Source of the DNA: Spirochaetia bacterium
GTDB lineage: Bacteria; Spirochaetota; Spirochaetia; SZUA-6; Bin103
Assembly (NCBI GenBank): GCA_965203905.1
Contig: CBDBDQ010000005.1
Location: forward strand, 1,440,001-1,504,000
Reading direction: 5' to 3'
DNA length: 64,000 bases
Part shown: in pieces, positions 56,697-64,000 of the stretch
Layout of the letters: the number at the start of each line of letters is the position of its first letter
Position numbering within the stretch: the stretch's first letter is position 1
The notes under the pieces: generated by a model
Told to the model about the DNA's origin: nothing
What the model saw: only the letters and a program-made list of their open reading frames with translations
The model's database searches: none
Made by a program: the position numbers and the translations under genes

Positions 56697-57700
56697 CGGC
56701 GGCGACACCCGCGGCCGTGCTGGCGGCGCTGCAGGCGGCCGACGCGCTGGTGCTGGTGGGGCACGAGGAACCGGACGGGGACTGCATCGCCTCCCAGCTG
56801 GTGCTGGGCGAGTTCCTCGCCGGCAGCGGGAAACGGGTGGGGCTGTACTCGGCGGGGCCGTTCAAGCGCCACGAGATTCGCGCCTATGAGCCGCGCTTTC
56901 GCCGCGTCATAGAGGCGGAGATGCTGCTCAGGAAGCCGGTCGCGGTGTTGCTCGACTGCGCCGATCCCGAGCGCACCGGCAGCCTGGCGCCGCAGCTCGC
57001 CGGCCTGCCCTCGGTGGTGATCGATCATCACGTCGCGGCGCCGCCCGAGTCCGGCGCCGTGCCCTACGGCGACATCCGGTTGGTGGATCCCGCCGCGCCC
57101 GCCACCGCCTACCTGGTGCAGCTGATCGTGGAGGCCGCGGGCGCCGAGCTGAGCCGCGCCCAGGTCGAGTTGCTGTTGTTCGGCCTGTGCACCGACACCG
57201 GCTTCTTTCGCCATGTCGCGGCGGGCCACACGGCGGCGTTCCAGGCCGCGGCCCGGCTGGTTGCCCGTGGTGCCAATCCGCGCGCCACCTACCAGAGCAT
57301 CTACGGCGGACGCAGCTTCGCCCAGCGGCGGCTGCTCGGCGTCCTGTTGCAGCGCACCGAGCAGCATGCCGGCGGACGGGTGCTGTTCACCTGGCAGTCG
57401 CGGCGCGACCTGCAGGAGTTCGGCGCACCCCCGGCCAGCCACGACGAGCTCTACGACCTGCTGCGTACCGTCGCCGACAGTGACGTGGTCGCGTTCGTGC
57501 GCGAGAAGCCCGACGGCGGCTGCTCGGTCAGCCTGCGCTCCGGCCCGCTGCTCGACGTCGCCAGCGTGGCGCGGGAATTCGGCGGCGGCGGACACCGGCA
57601 GGCGGCCGGCTTCACCTGGCACAGCACCGTCGCCGCGCTGCGCAGCGCGCTGCTGCCGCGCCTGACCGCCGCCACCGCCGCCTCCGCATCGCTAGTGTAA
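56693..57700 (+). CDS. nrnA: DHH-family oligoribonuclease/PAP phosphatase NrnA
   Basis: HEEPDGD, IDHH, TDTG, SLRS, GGGGHRQAAG. Confidence 0.92.
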   Translation: MTAATPAAVLAALQAADALVLVGHEEPDGDCIASQLVLGEFLAGSGKRVGLYSAGPFKRHEIRAYEPRFRRVIEAEMLLRKPVAVLLDCADPERTGSLAPQLAGLPSVVIDHHVAAPPESGAVPYGDIRLVDPAAPATAYLVQLIVEAAGAELSRAQVELLLFGLCTDTGFFRHVAAGHTAAFQAAARLVARGANPRATYQSIYGGRSFAQRRLLGVLLQRTEQHAGGRVLFTWQSRRDLQEFGAPPASHDELYDLLRTVADSDVVAFVREKPDGGCSVSLRSGPLLDVASVAREFGGGGHRQAAGFTWHSTVAALRSALLPRLTAATAASASLV

Positions 57701-57790
57701 ACAATTGTAAAGCCGGGCCGCTCAGCCGGTCCCGAGGCCACCCGGTGTTGGCACGCCGCTTGCTTACCAGGAGGTGGAGGTACCTGGTAC

Positions 57791-58756
57791 ATGCGGAACC
57801 ATCATCCCGGGTGGAGTGAGCGCGTGCTCACCTGCCAACGCACCGGAGAGGGCCGCCGCGCCCTGCTGGACGAATTGGCCACCTACACCTATCGCTACCC
57901 GCGGCGCAAGCTGCCGACCCTCGACGAGGACGCCCCCGGCGAGTTCTACCTGTTCTGTCACGACAAGCTGGAGCAGCTCATCGTGCGCTTCCGCGACCGC
58001 GGCAAGCCGTTCGAGCACTACCTGAACTCGGTCCTGAGCTGGCAGCTGCGCAGCTTCCTCGCCAAGCGCCGCGATTCCGAGCACGCGTGGCAGACCGCGC
58101 TGCGCAGCCGGCTCTGGGACGAGCCGGAGGCGGCGCAACCGCCACCCGCGGCGGCACCCGCGCGGCGCCCGCAGCGGCGCGGGCAGAGCAACGTCCGACC
58201 GTTCCCCGGCGCGGCCGCGGCACCGCTTCGCGGTGGCCACCACCCCCGGGGCCAGGCGCCACCCGCGGCCGTCTCGGAAACGGCGCGGCGCCGGCTCCTG
58301 TACGGCGTGCTGAAGACCGGCCACCACCTGGAGGAACGCCAACTCGCGGCCGCGGCCCAGACTCTCGGCTGCGAGCTGCCGCGCCTTCGGTTCCTGATCG
58401 AGCAGCTGCGGCGCGGCCGGGCCGCAGCCCACCGGCGCCTGCACCTGCTGCGGGAACGCCGCAACCGCGCCTTCGCCCAGCTCCAGCTCTGGTCGGCCGC
58501 CGCCCACCAGGCGGTAGACGGCGGCCACCACCGGGCCCACGCCCTCAAGCGCGCCGCACGCCATCGCCGCGCCGTCGAAACCGCTCAGGCGGAGATCTCG
58601 CGGGTGCGCGTGGCTCCCAGCAACCGGGAGATCGCAGCGCTGCTGGGAATCCCCAAGGGCACGGTCGACACCGGGCTGTACTGGTTGCGCCGGCAGTCTG
58701 CCGCGGACTACGCTCGGGCGGATGGAATTGGCGCTGGCGAGCAACAATCCGCATAA
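57791..58756 (+). CDS. Divergent sigma-70-like protein
   Basis: Region-2-like RFRDRGKPFEHYL; C-terminal HTH SNREIAALLGIPKGTVDTGLYWLRR; RBS GGAGG. Confidence 0.6.
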   Translation: MRNHHPGWSERVLTCQRTGEGRRALLDELATYTYRYPRRKLPTLDEDAPGEFYLFCHDKLEQLIVRFRDRGKPFEHYLNSVLSWQLRSFLAKRRDSEHAWQTALRSRLWDEPEAAQPPPAAAPARRPQRRGQSNVRPFPGAAAAPLRGGHHPRGQAPPAAVSETARRRLLYGVLKTGHHLEERQLAAAAQTLGCELPRLRFLIEQLRRGRAAAHRRLHLLRERRNRAFAQLQLWSAAAHQAVDGGHHRAHALKRAARHRRAVETAQAEISRVRVAPSNREIAALLGIPKGTVDTGLYWLRRQSAADYARADGIGAGEQQSA

Positions 58757-59303
58757 GGTCGCCGAGGTACGGCGTATCCTGCACGGCATCACGGTACGCA
58801 CGCCGGCGGAGCTCGGCGTGCAGTTCTCGTTCGACGAAACCGGCTCCAGCTACGACGAGAACGCGCTCGGCAAGGCGCGCCACCTGTACCGCCTGCTTGG
58901 CGTGCCGACCCTGGCCGACGACTCCGGCCTGGCCGTGGCGGCGCTCGGCGGCGCGCCGGGGGTCCGCTCGGCGCGCTTCGCGCCTGCGGGCACGCAGCTG
59001 GACGATGCCGGCCGCTGCGCCTACCTGCTGTCGCTCATGGGCAGCGGCGGCGATCGCTCGGCGGCGTTCATCTGCTGCCTGGCGCTGATTCTGGACCCGC
59101 ACCGGCTGCTGCTGGTGCAGGAGGCGGTAACCGGTGAAATCACCGACCAGGTCCGGGGCACCCGGGGCTTCGGCTACGATCCGCTATTCCTGCTGCCCCA
59201 CCTCGGGCGTACCATGGCGGAGCTCAGTGGGGAGGAGAAGGACCGCGTCTCCCATCGCGGGCGCGCGCTGCGCCGCGCCCGGCGGCTGTTCGAAGCGCCC
59301 TGA
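58722..59303 (+). CDS. rdgB: Non-canonical purine NTP pyrophosphatase (RdgB/Ham1)
   Basis: ASNNPHK, ENALGKA, ADDSGL, PGVRSAR, GFGYDPLF, SHRGRA. Confidence 0.95.
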   Translation: MELALASNNPHKVAEVRRILHGITVRTPAELGVQFSFDETGSSYDENALGKARHLYRLLGVPTLADDSGLAVAALGGAPGVRSARFAPAGTQLDDAGRCAYLLSLMGSGGDRSAAFICCLALILDPHRLLLVQEAVTGEITDQVRGTRGFGYDPLFLLPHLGRTMAELSGEEKDRVSHRGRALRRARRLFEAP

Positions 59304-59311
59304 CCGGGCGC

Positions 59312-60490
59312 TCAGGCGCCGCCGCGCAGCAGGCTGGTGAGAAAGGAGAGCCCGACGAAGGTGCCAATGGCACTGCCGACACTGGAGAGGAAGAACACCG
59401 CCAGCACGTGAGTCACCCGGTTGCGCAGGATGCCGCGCAGGCTGGTCACGTCCTGCGACAGGTTCTCGAAGTCCACCACCCGCGGCTTGCGCACGAAGGC
59501 CTGCACCAGCCCGGCGACCAGGCCGACGCCAATGGTGGGGTTTATCGAGGTGATCGGCGCAGCCGCGAACGAAGACAGCACCGTCACCGGGTGGGCCAGT
59601 GCCAGCAGCGCGCCCAGTGCCGCGAAACTGCCGTTCACCAGCACCCACTGGGTCAGCTTCTCGATGGTCATCTCGGCGCCCGCGCGCAGGAACCCGTATC
59701 CCACCAGCGCCACGAACAGCGCCGGGATGCTCCACGGCAGCAGCCGCCCCACCACGCCGCGCGGCGGTACGTGGTCGAGCTCGGCCAGCTCTTCCGCGCG
59801 CGGCGCCCGGCGCGCATAGAGCGCCAGCCAGCGCTCGATCCCGGGTACGTGCCCGGCGCCCACCACCGCCACCGTCCGCACGCCGCCGGCCGCGAAGATG
59901 CGTGCCGCCAGGTAGCGGTCGCGCTCGTCGATCAACACCTCCTTCACCTGCGGCAGGTACTCGGCCAGCTCCTCCAGCATGTTCTGCAGCGCGCCCTTCT
60001 CCTTCAGCGCCTCGATCTGGGCCGGCTCCAACTCCTCGTTGGAAAACGCTCCGGCGAGCAGCGCGGCGAGCAGCTTGAGCCGCCCCCACAATCGCGACCG
60101 CCGCCAGGCGCGGCGCAGCGTCACCTGGATCTCCCGGTCGCAGAGCACGAACGGAACCTCCGCGGCCTCGGCAGCGGCGACCGCGGCCGCCATCTCGGCA
60201 CCCGGCTGCACCCCCAGGTCGAGGCCCAGCCGGCGCTGGAACGAGTGCAGCACGATGTTGGTGAGCAGCAGAAACCCCTTGCGCTGCTTCAGCACGCGGC
60301 GAATGTCGAGCTCCATCCAGTTGCGCTGCTGGCTGATGGTGGCGTGGCGGCCGGCATCCAGCTCCACGCAGACACAGTCCGGCTGCTGCGTGGCGATCGC
60401 CTCGCGCACGTCCCGGACGCTCTGCTCGGACACGTGAGCGGTACCCACGAGCAGCACTGTACGCTCCCCAAGCGTGACCGTCTTCGTCAT
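59312..60490 (-). CDS. TraB/pheromone-shutdown family protein
   Basis: GTAHVS, VELD, PGAEM, DREI, LIDERD, VVGAGH, C-terminal TM helices. Confidence 0.92.
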   Translation of the reverse strand: MTKTVTLGERTVLLVGTAHVSEQSVRDVREAIATQQPDCVCVELDAGRHATISQQRNWMELDIRRVLKQRKGFLLLTNIVLHSFQRRLGLDLGVQPGAEMAAAVAAAEAAEVPFVLCDREIQVTLRRAWRRSRLWGRLKLLAALLAGAFSNEELEPAQIEALKEKGALQNMLEELAEYLPQVKEVLIDERDRYLAARIFAAGGVRTVAVVGAGHVPGIERWLALYARRAPRAEELAELDHVPPRGVVGRLLPWSIPALFVALVGYGFLRAGAEMTIEKLTQWVLVNGSFAALGALLALAHPVTVLSSFAAAPITSINPTIGVGLVAGLVQAFVRKPRVVDFENLSQDVTSLRGILRNRVTHVLAVFFLSSVGSAIGTFVGLSFLTSLLRGGA

Positions 60491-60571
60491 GGTCTTGCGC
60501 CCCGTAAAATAACCCTTTCGAGCGACTTGTCGCTATCCTGGTGCGGTGCTATCATGAATCAAGCGCTCCCT

Positions 60572-60845
60572 TGTGAACAACTTATGGATAACTTTCCGGT
60601 CCAGGATCGGCTCCCGAACCTTGCCGGAATCATGGAGGCAAACGCTCACTTCGTGCTGGCAAAGATTCCGGATCGTTCCAAATAAATCATTATGATGTAT
60701 AGAATTATAGAAATGAATGCGAAACTCACCGTAAGTACTGACCGGACAAGGAACTGCACCCCGGGTGAGGCAACTCGAACAAGCGTTCCACTTTTTCTTG
60801 TGGATAACTTGTTTACAACTTGGCATCGGAGAGGTGGTTCACAGC
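60572..60845. promoter_or_regulatory. oriC part 1 / dnaA upstream DnaA-box cluster
   Basis: Perfect TGTGGATAA 60799-60807; near matches TGTGAACAA 60572 and TATGGATAA 60583; AT-rich tract about 60680-60720. Confidence 0.8.
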
Positions 60846-60890
60846 CTCTGCCGGCGGTAATCGGATCTCTCCGCGAAAGGAGCGCCTAAA

Positions 60891-62273
60891 ATGGCTGAAC
60901 GCGACTACGAGGCGTTCTGGAACGAAGCCCGGAACCGAATTCGCGATGCCATCACCAACCAGGAGTATGACACCTGGTTGCGCAACATGGAATACAGCGA
61001 CTCCGACTCCGGGGTGATCAAGCTCGCGGTGCCCTCCACGTTTCATCGCGACCAGGTGGCGCAACGGTTTCAGCCGGCACTGGAGCGGGAGCTGGCGGAC
61101 CTGTCGCCGCAGCCCCTGAAGCTCTCACTGGTAGTGGCCAACGGTACCTATCCGGCCGCGCCGGCCAGCGCGCCGCGGCCGGAGCCGGGCCCACCCGCGG
61201 CGGTCGCGTCGGCGGCGGAGCCACCCCTCCCGGTGCCCCACAGCCAGCTCAACCCCTACTACACGTTCGAGCGCCTGGTCGAAGGGGAGAGCAATTCGCT
61301 GGCCCTGAACGCCGCCCTCGCGATCGCCAAGAACCCCGGACGCGCCTACAACCCGTGCCTCGTCTACGGCGGTGTCGGTCTCGGCAAGACGCACCTGCTG
61401 CAGGCGATCGGCAACGCCGTACACCTCTCGCTTCCGGATCTCAAGGTGGTCTACGTCACCGTGGAGACCTTCACCAACGAGTTCATCCAGTCGATCAAGG
61501 AGAAGACCGGACACCGGTTCAAGAACCGTTACCGCTCGGCGGACCTGCTGCTGATCGACGACATCCAGTTCCTGCAGGGCAAGGTGGAGACTCAGCAGGA
61601 GCTGTTCCACACCTTCAACGCGCTCTACGACGCCAACAAGCAGATGGTATTCAGCAGCGACCGCCCGGTGTCGGAGCTGATGGCGCTGCCCGACCGTCTC
61701 ATCAACCGCTTCGAGCGTGGTCTCAACGTCGATCTGCATCCCCCGAGCTACGAGACCCGCAGCGCCATCGTCAACCGCAAGATCGAGGAGCGCGGCTTCG
61801 TCCTCGACAACAGCGTCATCGACCTGATCTGCCGCAACATCATCACCAACGTGCGCGACCTGGAGAAGGCTCTCACCAAGCTGGCCGCCTACTCGGAGTT
61901 GATGGGGCGCACCATCACCCTCGAGATCGCGCAACGCGAGCTGCAGGACTTCTTCTCCAAGCCGGAACACCTCAGCATCAGCATCGACTCCATCCAGCGC
62001 GCCGTGTCCGCCTACTACTCGCTCACCCCGGCCGACCTGAAGGGAAAGAAACGCACCCAGGCCATCGCCTTCCCACGGCAGGTAGCGATGTATCTGGCGC
62101 GCTCCCTGACCAAGTTCTCGACCACGGAGGTGGGCATCGAGTTCGGCGGCCGGGACCACACCACCGTGATGCATGCCTGCCAGCGGGTCGCGGCACGGCT
62201 CAAGACCGACGCCACCCTGGAGACCAGCCTGCAGAAGATCACCAACGCAATCCGCGAGCGAAGCGTCGCCTGA
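60891..62273 (+). CDS. dnaA: Chromosomal replication initiator DnaA
   Basis: YNP, GGVGLGKTHL, IDDIQF, NVRDLE, RQVAMYL, GGRDHTTV. Confidence 0.98.
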   Translation: MAERDYEAFWNEARNRIRDAITNQEYDTWLRNMEYSDSDSGVIKLAVPSTFHRDQVAQRFQPALERELADLSPQPLKLSLVVANGTYPAAPASAPRPEPGPPAAVASAAEPPLPVPHSQLNPYYTFERLVEGESNSLALNAALAIAKNPGRAYNPCLVYGGVGLGKTHLLQAIGNAVHLSLPDLKVVYVTVETFTNEFIQSIKEKTGHRFKNRYRSADLLLIDDIQFLQGKVETQQELFHTFNALYDANKQMVFSSDRPVSELMALPDRLINRFERGLNVDLHPPSYETRSAIVNRKIEERGFVLDNSVIDLICRNIITNVRDLEKALTKLAAYSELMGRTITLEIAQRELQDFFSKPEHLSISIDSIQRAVSAYYSLTPADLKGKKRTQAIAFPRQVAMYLARSLTKFSTTEVGIEFGGRDHTTVMHACQRVAARLKTDATLETSLQKITNAIRERSVA

Positions 62274-62289
62274 CCGCGTGAGCCTGCCG

Positions 62290-62470
62290 TCGGGATAACG
62301 TGTGGGTACACCGTGGACAACCCGGTAACCGCGTCGCGCGCGGCCGGCTTTCCCGTCCCGATGTGTATAACCGGACCTTTCGCCAGTCCTGCTGTGGAAG
62401 TATAATTATTTCATATACATATAGTTACATCCATTTTGCACATATCCACCGGAGTTACTACCATTACTAC
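62290..62470. promoter_or_regulatory. oriC part 2: DnaA boxes, AT-rich tract and DnaA-trios
   Basis: Box-like TGTGTATAA, GTGGACAA, CGGGATAA; TTTTGCACA/ATATCCACC (62434-62450), GGAG, then TACTACCATTACTAC (62456-62470). Confidence 0.8.
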
Positions 62471-62499
62471 CGAGAGTATTCAATGAAGGGGTCAGCATC

Positions 62500-63606
62500 A
62501 TGAAGTTCATCTGTGAACGGGAAGCGATCTTGCGCGAGGTGGCGAATGCCTACGAGATCGTATCGGCACGCAACTCGCTTTCCATCCTCTCCAACGTGTT
62601 GCTGCTGGCGTCCGAGAAGACCCTGACCATTCGAGCGACCGATCTCAAGGTGAACTACGAGTCGGCATTGCCAGTCGAGGTAACCACGCCGGGCAGCATC
62701 ACCGTGTTCTGCGACAAGCTGCATGGGATCCTGCGGTCATTGCCCGACGGTGAGATCGAGTTTGAGCAGCGCGACGACATGGTGCTGCGCATCAGTCCGG
62801 TGTTCAAGAATATCCGCTTCCAGCTCAAGGGCATCTCGGCGGACAAGTACCCGCCGTTCCAGGGCGCGGACGTGGAAGGCAGCTTTCCGGTCGCGAAGCA
62901 GGATCTGATCGAAATGATCTCGCATACCCTGTTCGCGGTATCCGACGATGAGACGCGCTACTTCATGAATGGCGTCTACCTCGAGAAACAGGGTGATCAC
63001 ATTACCATGGTGGCTACCGACGGACGCCGCCTGGCATACGCGTCCAAGAGCATGGAAAGCAGCGTGACCGACTTCAAGGGGGTGATCATCCCGCCCAAGC
63101 TGCTCAACATCCTGCGCCGGCAGGCACCGCGCGAGGGGGAGTTCCTGGTCGCCGTGAACGAGCGCGAGTTCCACGTCAGGTACGACTCGCAGCGGTTGGC
63201 CTCGAACCTGATCGACGCCCAGTTTCCGAATTACCAGCGGGTGATACCGGATCGCCAGGAATACCGCCTGATGATCGATCGCGCTGCCTTCGAAGAGGGA
63301 TTGCGACGGGTGGCCCTGCTGGTCGAGCAGAAGTCGCGCCGCATCTACCTGGAGAGTCAGCCCGACAACCTGGTGATCCGCTCCAGCGAGGGCGAGATCG
63401 GTGCGGCGCGCGAGGAGATCGGGTGCGAGTACCAGGGGCCTGAGCTGGTGCTGGCGTTCAACTACGAGTACCTGTTGGAGCCGTTGCGCGAGATGAGCAC
63501 CGACCAGGTGGTCCTGGAGTTCACCGACACGGGCAAGGCACTGTCGCTGAAACCGGAGCCGGAAGGCGACTTCTTTCACATCGTGATGCCGATGCAGGCG
63601 AACTGA
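62500..63606 (+). CDS. dnaN: DNA polymerase III beta clamp
   Basis: ILSNVLL, ATDL, DETRYFMNG, ATDGRRL, FPNYQRVIP, IVMPM. Confidence 0.97.
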   Translation: MKFICEREAILREVANAYEIVSARNSLSILSNVLLLASEKTLTIRATDLKVNYESALPVEVTTPGSITVFCDKLHGILRSLPDGEIEFEQRDDMVLRISPVFKNIRFQLKGISADKYPPFQGADVEGSFPVAKQDLIEMISHTLFAVSDDETRYFMNGVYLEKQGDHITMVATDGRRLAYASKSMESSVTDFKGVIIPPKLLNILRRQAPREGEFLVAVNEREFHVRYDSQRLASNLIDAQFPNYQRVIPDRQEYRLMIDRAAFEEGLRRVALLVEQKSRRIYLESQPDNLVIRSSEGEIGAAREEIGCEYQGPELVLAFNYEYLLEPLREMSTDQVVLEFTDTGKALSLKPEPEGDFFHIVMPMQAN

Positions 63607-63615
63607 ACTCCTCCC

Positions 63616-64000
63616 TTGGGTCTGCTGGCACTGCGGCTGACCGAGTTCCGCAACATCCGGGCGCTGCGGCTGGATCTGGAGGGGCGCGACGTGTTCCTGG
63701 TCGGCGACAACGGTCAGGGCAAGACCAACTTCCTGGAGGCGGTGTACGTGCTGTGTTACGGTGCTTCGTTCCGCACCCGCAACGACCGCGACCTGATTGC
63801 CAACGGGGTACCGGAGACCACGCTCTGGGGCCGGCTCAGCGCCGAGGGCGAGGAACGCGGGGTCGGCGTGGCGCTGGCGCGCGGCGACGGCAAGCGCATC
63901 GCCATCGACGGCAAGCGGATCCGCGACCGCGCGCGGCTGATCGAGTTTGCACCGGCGATTGCATTCACGCACGAGGACCTGCGCTTCATCGACGGCGACC
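63616..64000 (+). CDS. recF: DNA replication/repair protein RecF, runs off the right edge
   Basis: TTG start; EFRNI, LVGDNGQGKTNFLEAVY, SFRT; follows dnaN. Confidence 0.92.
   Translation, partial: MGLLALRLTEFRNIRALRLDLEGRDVFLVGDNGQGKTNFLEAVYVLCYGASFRTRNDRDLIANGVPETTLWGRLSAEGEERGVGVALARGDGKRIAIDGKRIRDRARLIEFAPAIAFTHEDLRFIDGD

Noticed and set aside
59312-60490. TraB as a sign of a conjugative element
   Set aside because: This is the chromosomal pheromone-shutdown/TraB protease-like family; no T4SS or relaxase genes are present.
60533-60889. Small ORFs upstream of dnaA and between dnaA and dnaN
   Set aside because: No resemblance to rpmH (L34); they are translations of DnaA-box-rich origin DNA.

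Overview
A very GC-rich bacterial chromosomal segment that ends at the replication origin (traB <- oriC -> dnaA-oriC-dnaN-recF). TRAP-T transporter genes, mvaS plus type-2 IDI, thyX and a sigma-like ORF next to rdgB suggest Spirochaetota, possibly host-associated; this is inference only. Most of the window is housekeeping or metabolic. It contains a sigma-54 two-component system divergent from an SDR/glycosyltransferase/ABC1-kinase gene run, rarA, a solitary HNH gene, a polyamine-type ABC transporter, an mvaS-fni-purH-Rieske-thyX-aldolase run, TRAP-T, recD2, ypdA, mutY, nrdAB, tRNA-Leu(GAG), argF, nrnA and rdgB. Two lower-GC patches (about 34.4-36.9 kb and 46.0-47.0 kb) hold decayed gene fragments. 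Most notable: (1) a Chlamydia-type class Ic (tyrosyl-radical-free) RNR preceded by a small ribbon-helix-helix-like gene whose promoter carries a direct repeat; (2) an in-frame Nudix + Cys/Met-metabolism PLP enzyme fusion; (3) a bacterial homolog of the tRNA-queuosine mannosyltransferase (GTDC1/QTMAN, DUF3524); (4) a readable sigma-54 enhancer and promoter; (5) repeated leaderless promoter architecture; (6) a bipartite oriC with DnaA-trios. No CRISPR array, rRNA or intact transposase was seen. All calls come from motif reading; no database searches were run.
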